A stretch of 61,236 nucleotides of DNA, counting the filler. It is 12 parts of 12 records of this genome, joined end to end, with 100 filler letters (N's around TTAATTAATTAA, not from the genome) between each part and the next. Parts side by side here need not be neighbours in the genome. Positions count along the whole stretch, not along the records: positions 12,273 to 15,282 come from SRR7504441_15698; positions 15,383 to 25,959 come from SRR7504441_15711; 10 more parts are not named here. One strand, written 5' to 3'. Positions 12,273 through 24,500 of this stretch are shown piece after piece. Below the pieces are notes generated by a model, which worked only from the letters and a program-made list of their open reading frames with translations, was not told the DNA's origin and searched no databases. A program made the position numbers and the translations under genes. The stretch's first letter is position 1. The number at the start of each line of letters is the position of its first letter.

Positions 12273-14296
12273 TACCCCGGCCCACCTGCGCGAGCAGCTG
12301 CCGGCGTGCGAGCGGGTGCAATACACGCTGGTCGACTGCCCCGGTCACGCCTCGCTGATCAAGACTATCATCGGCGGTGCGGCCAGCCTGCGGCGGCGGT
12401 GGTTCAGCGGGGGGTGCCAGGGGCCCAGATCATCGACATGATGATGCTGGTGATCGACGTGACCAAGGGGATGCAGACCCAGACCGCCGAGTGTCTGGTG
12501 GTCGCAGAGACTCTGATCGACACACTCGTGGTGGTTCTCAACAAGGTGCCGCCACCGTGCTGCCCCCGGTGAGCCTGATGATTTAGATCGACCTTGTCCC
12601 TGAGGAGAAGCGGGAGGTGCCGAGCCAGGCGGCAACAGGCTGACTGGCTGCTGCAGGCCAAGATCGCCAAAATGACCCAGACTCTGAATGACAAGGTCTT
12701 CGCCAAGACACCTTTCAGGCCGAGGATGGTGCAGTGCGCGCACCGCAGCCAGTCACGCGGCGGCTGCAGGTGGCGGTCGCCGCCTGCCCGGCCGCCAGCA
12801 CAGACCAAGAACCGGTGGGGGTGGACCAGCTGCTGGCGTGCATCTCTGAACTCACACCAGTCCCCTCCAGGCACCGAACCTCCACTCAGCTGCTGACGGT
12901 GCCTGGCCAGGAGCCCAGACGATCCGTTTCTCTTCTCAGTAGATCACTGCTTCCCGATCAAAGGGCATGGGACGGTGCTGACAGGCACCGTGCTGGCGGG
13001 ACAAGTGGAGGTGCGCCGCACGCTGGCTGCGCTCAGTGCGGGCAGGTGGGCGACACAATAGAACTTCCGATGCTGCGTGTGCAGAAGAAAGTCAAGTCGA
13101 TGCAAATGTTCCGCAAGCCAGTCACGCGGGCTATGCAGGCGGGCAATGCCCGCGTGGCTCGCTGGCTGACTGCGGGCCCAGGGCGATCGACTGGGTGTGT
13201 GTGTCACTGCATTCGACGCGAGCCTGATGGAGCGGGGTCTCGCCTCAGCTGTGGACACTGTGCCCACGCTGCACGGGGCGCTGGTCCAGGTGCATTCGCG
13301 CCAGCTGGGTGAACGTGACCTGGCCATAGGTCAACAAGATACGGTATTACAAGCAGGCGGTCAAGTCGGGCGCCAAGTGGCCGATCACTGTGGGGCACTT
13401 CACGGCACTCGCCCGCCTGCCACGGTGCCAGCCGCCTCGGCAGGTGCTCGCCAAACCTACCTTCTTCGTGGCGCCCCCACAGGATGCGGCCCCGGCCGAG
13501 GGCGTAGCCGAGGCAGGGCCTGCTGATGAGTTCGACTGGTCTCAGGTGCCAGCCGGTCGCTGGTCGCGGCTGAATCGGGCAGGAATATCTTTATCTGGAC
13601 GAGCTGCAGCCGGGCAAGGCCAAGGGCCAGTGGGCGCTGCTAGAATTCGACTCGGCGATCACGGTGCCTCGGCTGGCTGGCTGGCGTCCACAGCAGATTC
13701 AGGTGCCGATCAAGAGTAAGTTGATAGGGTCAAGGTTAGACGCAGACACGGACCAGAATCTTTGCCGGCTAGCCTTTGAGGGCAGACTCGTCGAGGCGAC
13801 GCTGCGGCAAGGCTGCGCTGACTGGCCTGCAGGCTGTCAGAGCGCAGGATAGCGCAAGTCTGGCCAACCTCAAGATCTTCAAGCCCAAGACGAGGGAGGG
13901 CAGCGTGGATAGGGTCATGGACGGGTGAGCAGCCCAGAGTCCTGCCGGTCGGCTCACCGCGCCGACAGCCAAACGCTTATCGGGAGGAACTTTTTCTCGA
14001 AAGAGGCCGACATGACCGCGTTCATAGGGATGAAAGTCAAGACAGAGCTCGGTTGTGGGGCTGGTTGCGGGTCGGCTCATCGGGGCGACAGGCGACGACG
14101 GGCGGATCGACGGGCCATTCGGAAAGACCGGCAAGTTTAAAGTGAGTTTTCCGAATGCTAATTTCGACGCGAGCAAAGAGGTGGCGATTGGCCAGGCCGG
14201 CGTGAGTGCGGGTGCTAGGCCAAGAATGGACCGAAGAAGCTGATCATGGAGTTCCGCAAGTTTTTGTATGGTGACAAGCACCAGATGGTCCAGTGA
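12273..14296 (+). CDS. EEFSEC: Selenocysteine-specific elongation factor, 5' truncated, 15 predicted introns
   Basis: TLVDCPGHASLIKTIIGGAQIIDMMMLVIDVTKGMQTQTAECL, VLNKID, FSVDHCFPIKGHGTVLTGT, IGSRLD...CRLAF, IDGPFGKTGKFK and C-terminal EFRKFLYGDKHQMVQ*. Confidence 0.93.
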
Positions 14297-14673
14297 AGAG
14301 TGAAGGCAATGGATACCCTCTAGATACGCGCGACGAACTAAAATACCTCTACAGATAACTTTCAGTCTCCGAACAGCTACATGTAGGCTCGGGGTATACT
14401 CGTACACCGTAATAAGCTTACACCGAACGAGTACGACCTCGAGCTCCTTGGGGAAGAAAACACCTTCCGTGTGACGTTTTGCGTTATGTACACTCGTATG
14501 TAACTCGTGTGGTTGTCAGGGTAAGTAGCGGTATGAATAAGCACTTCTCTTGCCAATGCAGCTGCTTAATAATTAGGCTCACCAAGCGCACCAAAGCATG
14601 CAGTCTGTTGCAGCTGACGAGCTGATCGTCGATCAGTGGTCGATCACAACTGACTCAACGGAAAGTCACAGAT

Positions 14674-15282
14674 ATGGCTGCTCCAGGTGGCGGGAGGCTT
14701 TGGAGCGAGGCGTGGCAGTGGTTCCAAGAAGACCGGGCGGTGGCCGAGGTGCAGGCGCTCAAACAAAACATCGGCCAACTTCCGGCTGTCCCTGACCCGG
14801 TTCAGGAGGTGTATCAGGGCCTGCCAGCCGTCTCGGGGGAGGTACTGGCCGTCGGATGCACAGGCTACATCGGTACTGCTGTCGTGTTTGAGGCGGTGCG
14901 TCGCGGTCTGACCGTCAAGGTGTTCGTGCGGCCACCATCCGTGGACAAGGTCAGCGCTCTGCTCGAGAGTTTGAAGATCAAGGACCGCGTGACTCTGGAG
15001 GTCGGCGACGTTTCAGACGCCGAACAGCTAGAGAAGGCCATGGCCGGATGCAAGTGCGTCATCTCGCTTCTGGCCAGCCCACAGGTCACCGATGAGCAGG
15101 ATATCTACGACGTCGACTACACCTACTCACACAATGTCGTTGAAGCATGCCGGCGGGCCGGTATCAAGCAAATGATCTACTGTTCCGACACTGGAGTCTA
15201 CCAGCCGGCGATTTGCTGCCAGATGCATAAGCTCCGTATCGAGGGCGAGCTGCTCCGCTGCCTGCCAGATGGCCTGCAGGTG
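14674..15282 (+). CDS. Atypical SDR/NmrA-family NAD(P)H-binding protein resembling divinyl chlorophyllide 8-vinyl reductase, 3' truncated
   Basis: VGCTGYIG Rossmann motif; VISLLAS...DIYDVDY...VYQPAICCQMHKLRIEGEL. Confidence 0.7.
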
Positions 15283-15410
15283 NNNNNNNNNNNNNNNNNN
15301 NNNNNNNNNNNNNNNNNNNNNNNNNNTTAATTAATTAANNNNNNNNNNNNNNNNNNNNNNNNNNNNNNNNNNNNNNNNNNNNCTCCTCCTCCTCCTCCTC
15401 CTCCTCCTCC

Positions 15411-16901
15411 TTAAGGCAGCCGCCAGACGCGATAGAGGCGGGTGCCGTGGGACGGGACTGTGGCCGTCAAAAGGCAGTTGCCGGGGTCCACACACGTGAC
15501 TGTGGTGCTGTCGCCTGCCCATACGTCACGAGACTCGATTTTTGTTGCTGCTGCTGCTGCTGACCTTCCTTCTCCACCTCCACCACCACCATCACTGGCC
15601 TCGCTGCTATCAGTTTCGGACTGGAGGCCGAGAATAGCGGTCAAGTTGGCCGAGATTGTCGCGCTGCTGGAGCCCGTATTCAAAAGAACCACGGCGCTGT
15701 GACCGGGCAGGTCGCTCCAGCCCTTGGTCCGCTGGAAGGCGGTCTCCCGCAGGGGCTTGGTCCATACCTGATGGGACCCACCGCCGCCGCCCCCGACGCT
15801 CCCAACCGAGCGCCCATGACTGCTTCTTCTACCACCGGCTGCGGTGCTTCTTCCACCACCGCAGCTTCGCCCGGGGGCGCCTGCGCAGTCCCCGCCCACC
15901 GGCTGCTGGTCAACGGCAAGCACTTCGGGGTTCAGCAGGATCTCGCGCTGGATCGCCGTGAGGTTGCGCACGTCGGTCGAGATGAGCAGCGGCGCGGACG
16001 CGATGGCCCACATGGTCATCTCCGTGCGGTACTCCTCCAGGCTCTGCGTCGGGCAGAGCACCCCTGGCTCGGCGCTGGCCGTGCAGCTCTCGCCGCCGGT
16101 CTTGAGGAAGTCTGGCGTCCCGTAGCCGCCCGGCCCCTGCTTGGCGCCAAGACCGCTGAGATACGAAATGGCCTCCAAGGTGCCGTGCCCCTTGGACCTG
16201 TACTGCCGCTTCTCGGAGCACGGCCCGTCCTCCCAGCAGTCCAGGTGGTCAAACCCGATCCGCCAGATGTTAGAGACAGTCCTCGGCCAGTCTGCCTTGG
16301 CGCCGTTGCCGCCACAGGACATGTAGAGCGCCACGGGCCTTCCTGTGGCATTCAGGGCCCGGGCCATCTCGCCGTACTGCGCCTCGCACGACAGCTTGGC
16401 GACCGACGCTGAGCACCAGTCCATCTTGATAAAGTCGAGCTCCCAGCGGGCAAAGGTGCGGGCGTCCGTCTCGTAGTGGCCCAGCGAGCCGACGTTGCAT
16501 TCGCCGGAGCAGTTACTGACTTTGGCATGGCAGGTGTAGTCCCCGGCCGACGTATAGATGCCGAACTTCAAGTCGGCGGCGTGCGCGGCGGCCACCAGGG
16601 GCGCGAAGCCTCGCGGGAAGCGCGCCGGGTCCGGAAACAGCTCCCCCGTCGTCCGATTGCGGCGCATCGCGAAGCAGTCGTCCAAGGTCACGTAATCGTA
16701 GCCGGCCGCCACGAGGCCGTTGCGCTGCATGGCCGCGATCGTGTCTAAGACCTGCTGCTCATTGCAAATGTCGGTGCCGCAAGGGCCGAAAGAGCACCAC
16801 GAATTCCACCCGAGCACCGGAAGCTGCACGACGCCGTTGTCGAGGGCCAGCGCCGCATAGGGGAGAAGAAGTGCGGCAGCAGGGAGCAGGAGGCGAAGCA
16901 T
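15411..16901 (-). CDS. Alpha-galactosidase / alpha-N-acetylgalactosaminidase, GH27, secreted, intronless
   Basis: Signal peptide; LDNGVVQLPVLGWNSW, YVTLDDCF, KFGIYTSAG, DFIKMDWC, WRIGFDH, MWAIASAPLLISTD, VPSHGTRLYR. Confidence 0.93.
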   Translation of the reverse strand: MLRLLLPAAALLLPYAALALDNGVVQLPVLGWNSWCSFGPCGTDICNEQQVLDTIAAMQRNGLVAAGYDYVTLDDCFAMRRNRTTGELFPDPARFPRGFAPLVAAAHAADLKFGIYTSAGDYTCHAKVSNCSGECNVGSLGHYETDARTFARWELDFIKMDWCSASVAKLSCEAQYGEMARALNATGRPVALYMSCGGNGAKADWPRTVSNIWRIGFDHLDCWEDGPCSEKRQYRSKGHGTLEAISYLSGLGAKQGPGGYGTPDFLKTGGESCTASAEPGVLCPTQSLEEYRTEMTMWAIASAPLLISTDVRNLTAIQREILLNPEVLAVDQQPVGGDCAGAPGRSCGGGRSTAAGGRRSSHGRSVGSVGGGGGGSHQVWTKPLRETAFQRTKGWSDLPGHSAVVLLNTGSSSATISANLTAILGLQSETDSSEASDGGGGGGEGRSAAAAATKIESRDVWAGDSTTVTCVDPGNCLLTATVPSHGTRLYRVWRLP

Positions 16902-16978
16902 GCGGCCTGACCTTTCCCGGGATCTTTCCGTTGCCATTCATTCGTTTTGGCGTGCCACCACCAGGAGGGGGCTCGGCG

Positions 16979-17925
16979 ATGAGTGCGTCGCTGGCCCCGT
17001 TCGTGGATGGCGCCGACGACAACTATGACTTTGAAGCGCTGTACTCGAGCATCGAGGCCTCGATCGACCGGAAGAAGGAGGAGACCCGCGAGGTGCCACC
17101 CGGACGCCGGCGCGTCCCAGACCGGGCGGCAGGTGCGCGAGGCGGTCAATGTGCTCTCCCAGCAGGTCTCGGAGTTGAATAGCCGAGCCGGGATCCTCGG
17201 GCGGCGGGTCGAGCGCGAGCGGCAAGAGCGCAGCCAGGAGACCAGCTCGCTCTCCCAGGCGCTGGCGAACGAGACCAAAGCCCTGGAGAAGATCTTAGAA
17301 CAAGAGCAGGCAACCCGGCCGGCCGACCAGCACGCCAGCCGGGGATGGCAGTCCGCTCAGGCCGAGCGGGAGGCGGCGGCGCAGCATCTGTTCGCCGAGG
17401 AGAAGCAGGCGATGGAGCAGCGGTGCGTAGGGCGGGGACGGGGGGGGTGAGCGGGGAGGCAGGATGGACGAACAGAGGAAGTACCTGGAGAGTGCCATCG
17501 CCTACGTGCGCACCTCTGTAGAGCAGGTGCTGCCAGCTGGTCCCGGCTGGACGAGCGGTGTGCAGGAGAAGATGATGAGGTCGGGATCAGAGCAAAAGCT
17601 GTTACAGGTGGCTGTGCGTTACCACCGGGCGCGATCCGTGTGGTGCAGGCTTTGCAGGAGGTGAGCGTATCAGTGCAGATCAGCATGACCCAACAGCCTG
17701 TCCAGCCTCAGGTCAAGATCTTCAAGGTGTGCCAGTGCAGCTCACAGGCTGTGATTTCGGTTGGCTCAGGATCTCGAGGCCCGTGTGAATGCCCTCGACC
17801 GAGCACAGTCGGAGCAGGCAGGCCGCAAAGTCAACATGCTACTGCTTCCCGAGGGCGCCCGCTGCCTCGAGCCGGGGCCGGGGACTGGTTTCACGGAGCC
17901 TGCACCGGGCTGGCAACGACGCTAG
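16979..17925 (+). CDS. Hypothetical coiled-coil protein, spliced
   Basis: ATG at 16979 divergent from GH27; several roughly 40-nt GT-AG introns join the ORF pieces. Confidence 0.55.
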
Positions 17926-18151
17926 TTGTTGGGTTCATTGGGTCCACGTTGAGTCGTGAACAGTGCAAGCTTGTATTAATTAATAATTAACGAACTCATG
18001 TAGATCACCAAGTCCCGTAAAAGCATGTATGAACAGTTTAAAATCAAGGATACCTAATGATGAGCACGCAACACGTGCCTTGGCTCTATTTGCACGATTG
18101 TATACGTATGGTACTGATCATGACCGGCATGTACGTACTACGTTCGTACTA

Positions 18152-20372
18152 CTATTTTTTGTGCCCCAAGTATTTGGCAAGATTATCAGGTATTTTGTCG
18201 TCGTCTGATTCCTTGACATCCAATGAGGTTATCGGATGATACATCTCCACTAGCTTGCGACACCTGCCCGCAGCTGTCGACCGCCCCTCTCGGCCGTACA
18301 CACCACCAAACGCCAGAAGAAAACCCTTCCATGCTCCCCTCCGCCCCGCCATCCGCAGGCTGGGGCACTTTGCAATCAGGCGACACCCCGAAAGGCAGAC
18401 CCCTGTTTCCCAACAGGTGTTTGAGCACACGCAACCACCTTGCTCCAGCGGTGATGGGCGCTTGCTTACTGGGCACGCTGCCCCGGGCTGATGCATGGCA
18501 GGACTGGCCGGCGGTACCGACACTGGCCTGCTGGTGGCTGGAAAAAGTATTCATACCTGGCACGCAGATAAGCAGCAATCTGCCTTGGGGGGGCACATGG
18601 GCACTCGGATGTGCTTCACCTTGGACACAGGGCACGGGCCCATCAGCGCTGCACCCGGTGTCAAACAGGGCCGCCCGGTGCAGCCACCGGTGGCTCTTGG
18701 GTCGCCTTCGAGCAATTTGTCGACCAGCTCGCCAAACCAGGCTGGTTTGGACCTCCCGAGCGGCAGGAACCACAGCCGCCAGTCCAGTCGGGGCATGTGG
18801 CCTGCACCCGTTGGCCGAGTGCCAGCGGCGGCCCACCGGGAGTGAGCCAGGGCGGCCGTGTATCCAGTCCGGACGGCTTGTAGGGAAAGCTCCACTCGCT
18901 CCACTCGAGCTCGCCGTCAGAGCGGTCAGACGCACTCACCTGCCCGCCAGTGGGCCCCCGGCCGGGCCGGTCCGCGCCTCCACCACCAGCTCGTGCCTGA
19001 ACGTGGTCATCGACGCGAAAAGCCCGTACGACGAGACAATCCCCAACGGTTTGATCCAGTCGAGATACACAGAACACGGCGCGGGCGGCTCCAGCTTACC
19101 CCGCCACATCCCGCACAGATGATAAGAGCTGGCCAGTCCATAGACCCAGACCGCCGGTGCCACCAGCGCGAGTGCCAATCCGTTGTGAGCCCAGTCGGTC
19201 CAGTCTGATGCTGCGGCTGGGCCAACAGCCCCGAGCCAGCTGTCGTCCAGACAGCCGCAGCAGAGCACAATCGTCGCAAAGTTGAAGAATCCTGCCGCGC
19301 AGGCTCACTCCCGCGGAGAGAGGCCCGAGTGCCGTAGTTTCCGGTGGCGGCAATTGCCAGCTGGAGCATGGTGGTGAGCAGAGCGGCCCAACCGCGCCAC
19401 GACGAGATCGGGAGCAGAAGCAGCCAGGGCACAACCAGCTCTAGCAGGTGCACTCCGAGGCACTGGGCCTGCAGCGCCCAGCGCGGCAGGTAGTGCAGAT
19501 ACCAAGAGAGCGCGTTCTGTCCAGGCTCAGCACCGCGGGAGGCTACACGCGGACCGGTAGGGGTTGGGTCCAGTAGTGGTATTGCATGGCGGTCAGGCAG
19601 CGCCAGGTGCGGCAGCCAGAGAGCACCTTGCACAGCCCACTGGCGAGCATCAGCCTGAAAGCCAGCACGCGAATAGCGGCTATGCTCAGTGCGGCTGCCA
19701 TCGAGCCCGCAGGGGAGATTGCAAGCAGCGTGGTCACAGCGCCGGCCTCACACAGAAGCGCGTCCCCTGCAGGCAGCGCCTCAGCCAGAGCCGCGCGGCA
19801 AGTGCACATTGGAGGCTGAGGAATTGCGGGCCAGAGGCGTGGCGCATCGAGCGGTAGGATATGGTCAGCCAGAGGAGCAGCGCCGGGCGCACTGGCCAGA
19901 ACTCGCGGCCCAACACCGGCCAGCACAGGCAGAGCAGGCTAGCCACGCAGGCCAGCTGGCACCATCGCTTGCCCCAGGCCGGGCTGCGGTGCTCCCAGGC
20001 CCAGAGCTGGAACTTAAGGAACCGCTGCAGCGTCTGACGGGCCTGGCCTGTCCGTTGGAGCGCGTACCGCCACTGCGGGGCTTGCTCCTTCACCGGAGAG
20101 AGGACTAACAGGCCCTCGATCTGGACGGCCAAGCTGCCGAACGCCTGCCCCTGCGTCGCGAGGCTGAAGGGGAGGCGACGCACCATCAGGAAGATAGCGG
20201 CCTGGCCGGACAGCAGCAGCTCCCGTGTGCGGACAGAGACTTCGAGCAGCGCTGTGGAGGTCACTGCTGCCACCCACGGCAGGCAGGTCATCATCATCGG
20301 CCAGGTGAGCGCCTCCGAGGCCTTGCCCACCGCCACGCTCCGCCAATTGCCGCCCGCCTGTGGAGCCGACAT
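18152..20372 (-). CDS. LMF: Lipase maturation factor family protein, spliced
   Basis: FRLMLASGLCK, TAMQYHYWTQPLP, IAATGNYG, SSYGLFASMTT.RHELVVE, FPYKPSG, HMPRLDWRLWF; start approximate. Confidence 0.88.
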
Positions 20373-20419
20373 TGCCCTGAAAGAAAGTGTGACTTCGGTG
20401 CAGCAGCGGGTGGCCACAA

Positions 20420-21125
20420 ATGGGCCGAGGCAAGACCCCCACCCGGCACCGCAAGGCGCCGTGTGACCTCCAAGCGGCCCACGCAGATCCGTACCTCCGC
20501 CGGTCCCCCCGCCGGATCGGCCGGGCTGAGGCTCAGCGCAGGGACGTGCCGGCTGAGGTCGTTGACCGGAGCGTTCGGCGCGACGACTGCGAGACCCTCC
20601 AGCGGTTCCTGATGCGGCGCCAGTCCGAGCAGCGCGCCGGTGCCCGCCGGATCAAAGGTGCGCCCTCCAGGCCGGCTGGTTCCTCGAGTGTTGGGCGGCA
20701 GTTGTGTGTGCGGTGGTGCTCGGTCTCGAGTTGGCGCTGATCGGGTTGGCGCTCCGGATGTATGCCGACCTGCAGGCAGGCTCGGGCCGCGGCCGGCGCT
20801 CATCGGCTCGGGCAGGAGGGTGCGGATCCGGCGGCCCGGGCGGCAGCTCAGCGGTGTCTGGGGCTGGCCGTTGGGACTGGGCTGGTGGCCGGGGGCGTGG
20901 GCTTGCATTACTGGGACCGTTTCGTTATCGAGCCTAGACGGTAGCGCCGACGGGCCGGGAGGGCTCGATTGCGGCGCGGACAGGTGCGGCCGGCTTCTGG
21001 AGAAGTCGCTGCTTGGGTGCGTGCCCAGGGGGGGGCGGCAGCTGAGCCGGCGGGCAGGCTGCAGCTGGTGTTTGACCACAAGACCCAGCGACTGCGCTCG
21101 GCCGGCCCCAGCCTTAGGAACATAG
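20420..21125 (+). CDS. Hypothetical membrane protein, spliced
   Basis: ATG at 20420, hydrophobic segments (CAVVLGLELALIGLAL); exon structure uncertain. Confidence 0.4.
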
Positions 21126-21534
21126 ACATGCCGCCGTGATGGCGGGACGGGAAGTTTTGTGCCTGATCTCCACGGGGCACACCCGACTCTCTTGTAATTC
21201 TAATCAACCGGCCCAGCGCCTAGGTCACAATCATGTGCAACACTTGTGTGACTATGTGTGGACGTGCGTGCTGAACCACTCACGTTTTCATCGCATTAAA
21301 CCCGTGTCGGTCGGCTACATCCGTCGTCATCCGCACGGCCTTGCTTGCGTGCATTCATGAACAGCTAACTGCTCGCACTTTTCACATTATCCTTGTTCAT
21401 CTTGACCCTTCCGTTGCCAGCTAGCCGGGCCTGGCACAGGCGAGGCTCTCGACGCCACGTTCAGCCTGAGTGGGCAGCACTGTTGGATGCAGTAGCGGCG
21501 ACGGCCTGAAGATCGGCCCGAGTAGCACGTTCCG

Positions 21535-24500
21535 ATGGCCACCGAGCAGCAAGTGGCTACGGTGATCGACGCTCTCGGCCGCACCCTGTGCATCGATGCC
21601 AATGTGCGCAAGCCCGCAGAGGAGCTCTTGCGCGGCTCCGAAACGGTGCCGGCCTGGGGGAGGCCCGGCGGGTGTCAATCTGCGGGGGGGACAGGCCACG
21701 GGATTCGCCTCCACGCTGCTCGAAGCGATGGCGGCACCGGGCGCCGACCCGCAAACCAGGCTCCTGGCTGCAATCTACCTGAAGAACAACATCAAGCGGC
21801 GCGGAGGCCCGCCAGCCGGAGGCTGAGCGGTGGGCGGCAGGTATTGGCGTGGAGTGGTGGCTGTGCGGATCAACGACCAGGAAAAGGCCCACATCAGGGA
21901 GCGACTGCTAGAACTGTTCCACACGGTGGATCCTCAGATCGTCCAGCATCTTAGCATCGCTATTGCCAAGATTTTCGTGACCCGGCTTGGCTTAATGTGT
22001 TGCCTAAGAGTGCGGCAGGTGGGGGACCAGCCTGAACACAACCCACGCACGCTGCAGCTGCTGTTGCAGCCGGTCCACGCCAACCTCGGCCAGCCCCCGA
22101 ACGCTGCGACCTTTCGAGCCCTCGAAGGGTTCAAGCCCATCGTCAAGCAGTGGAGCCGCTTGCACAGCTACAACTTCAAGGGGCCCGAGCGGATCGCGCT
22201 GTTCAAGCAGAGCGCAGACTCGCTGGTCGCTCTCATCTACCCTGTGTGGCAGCAGTGCGTCAAGGCTGCGCTCCAGGCGGGGCATCGGTGGGCCGCAGGG
22301 CCGTGACTGGGTGTACGCAGATGCCCAACGGGAACACGCAGCTGCTCAAGCACCTCCAGTGCACCACTGCGTGTCTACGGGAATCGCTTTCAGGTCCAGC
22401 ACAGCTTGAATGCGCCGAGACTGTGCTGGGAGAGGTGCCTAGGCTGGCGGCGGCTCGGGCGAGGCGGTTGCAGGTGTTTAACGGAATGAAGGCGCTCGGT
22501 GGGCACTGTCTGGCTCAGTCGAGCGAGGCCGTTGATCAAGAACTGCTTAAAGCTGCTCACAGTCAGGGCAAACTGATCCTGCACGTGCAGAAGAAGTATC
22601 CTCTCGTGTTTGTCCAGCCGGATGTGTCCAAGCTGCGCCAACTGCTCGAATACCTGCTGGACCAACTCACCAGCGGGCTGCAAGTGCCTCCCCACCAGCG
22701 GCGCAATGCGATCGCGGTCATTGTGCCTTGTGCCTCGCTGCTGTGTGGTGTGCTGCTGTGCGGTCAATACAGGCAGACCACAGGCCCAAGAGTGAGCACC
22801 TGGGAGATGCGCCGCCGCTCCGAGCGACGATCCGAGGAACAAAAGGCCCTGGCGACAGCTGTAGAGCAGGTGCTGAGGCGTGGCTGGTGTGGATGCGTGA
22901 CAGAAAGGTCAGGTGATTTCATCTGTGATGACTGCAGAGCGAGTGTCCGGTCTTTGCTCAGTGCTGATCGCAAACGGGCTGCAGCTGCTGCCACAGGACC
23001 TACAGGACTGGAAAGAGGACCCAGAAAGCTTTGTGCTCGGCTGTACCCAACCAAAGTATGATGAGTCGCTGGGTGAGAGCAAGGAAGCTTGGAAGCGAAC
23101 TGAGGCCCTGCAAGAGGCCACATGTGCAGTGCTCCGCTCGGTGACTCGAGCCTAGTGCGGCATAGTGCGCCGAGCCGGGGGCTGCAGGAGAGCAAGGTTG
23201 CGTTGCCAGCGGTGCTGAAGATCTATGAGAGCGCTCCACTGCTGCTTAAGGATGCCTGCCTGCATGCAATTGGGCTAGCTTTGGAGAACCGAGGGATGGG
23301 CGAGGAAGTCAATTTGTCCGACTGGTTTGCAACAACGCTCGGGCCTGAATTCAACAAGCCAGAGATCCCAGAGCAAGTGGTGCTCCATCGGCGGATCATA
23401 TGGCTGGTGGCCAAGGCATGCGACTACCTTTCATCAGATCTCAAGGAGCAGTTTTGCTTTGTACTTGTGACCAAGGTTTGAGCCCAGTCCGGGCGTGACA
23501 GGTAAGGGTGTGGTGTCTAGGCCACGCAGTCAAATGTAGACGAAGTGGTTAAGCTGACTGCTGCCGCCTCACTTGCAGCACTGATGGAGGCAATCGCAGA
23601 GGAGCCTATAGTGAGTTTTCTTTGTGCTGTCAGACCATGTACTCACTCGTGTTGGACAGACAAAGAACCTGGACAAAGAGTCCGACCCTGTGCCACTAGT
23701 CCGTGCTCTTTTTGAGATGTTCAATGACGTGGGCAGCGACATTCTCAAGGCTGACCTGCTCAAGGCCGTATGTGGCATGATGCGAGTTTACCGTTCGCGC
23801 TCTCGGCTGAGGAAGCGCAAAGACCTACCGGGCTGGGACCATAAGTGGCCAGCAGGCGAAATTGCACTGCAAGCAATCACGCCTATTATGCAAAGCCTTG
23901 ACAGCGACTCTTGGACGCTGCGTGCAGTAGTGGTCGACGTGCGCTTGCCTGGCTGATGATAGTGCTGAGCTGTTCTGCAGGTAATATCTGATCTAGTTCT
24001 GTGTGGCATTTCATTCGAGCTGAGCATACCACTCGCTGTCCAGCTGGTGGACCCATGTGTAATGATGCTTGATGCAGCAGACGACGCACTAGTGCTTCGC
24101 GAGTCGGCCCATCGTCTCTGGCGGACTGTGTTGGCGCAGAGCCCGCCTGCTGAAATGGTGCACTGTTTGTTCCCTCGTGCTGTTACCTTGCTTGAGCACG
24201 ACCATGGGGTGCTGCTTGGGGAGCGGGAAATTCCTCTACTTGTGCACATCATTACCGACTACTTTGTGATATCAGATCTGCAGTTCTGTGTACAACACGC
24301 CCCTGAGGTGGGTCTCCTCCTTTTGGGCCCTGAAATGTCTGCAGGCGCTGCAATCAGTCCTCTCGTACTTCACCAGTGAGGAACACAGCAGTGCGCTGAG
24401 GGTGGCTCTCGTGAGGTGAGCCTTGCAACCAGCTGACTGCTCAGGGTCTGGGCGCAGGATGATCAATGTCTTGGCTGCCTCACTTGGTGGCTGCAACCAG

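Noticed and set aside
12378-14218. Introner-like mobile intron family behind the uniform mini-introns
   Set aside because: The introns share length and end motifs, but I saw no extended sequence identity or terminal inverted repeats between them; an all-vs-all comparison genome-wide is still worth running
15383-15410. (CCT)n tract
   Set aside because: Ordinary microsatellite at a contig end
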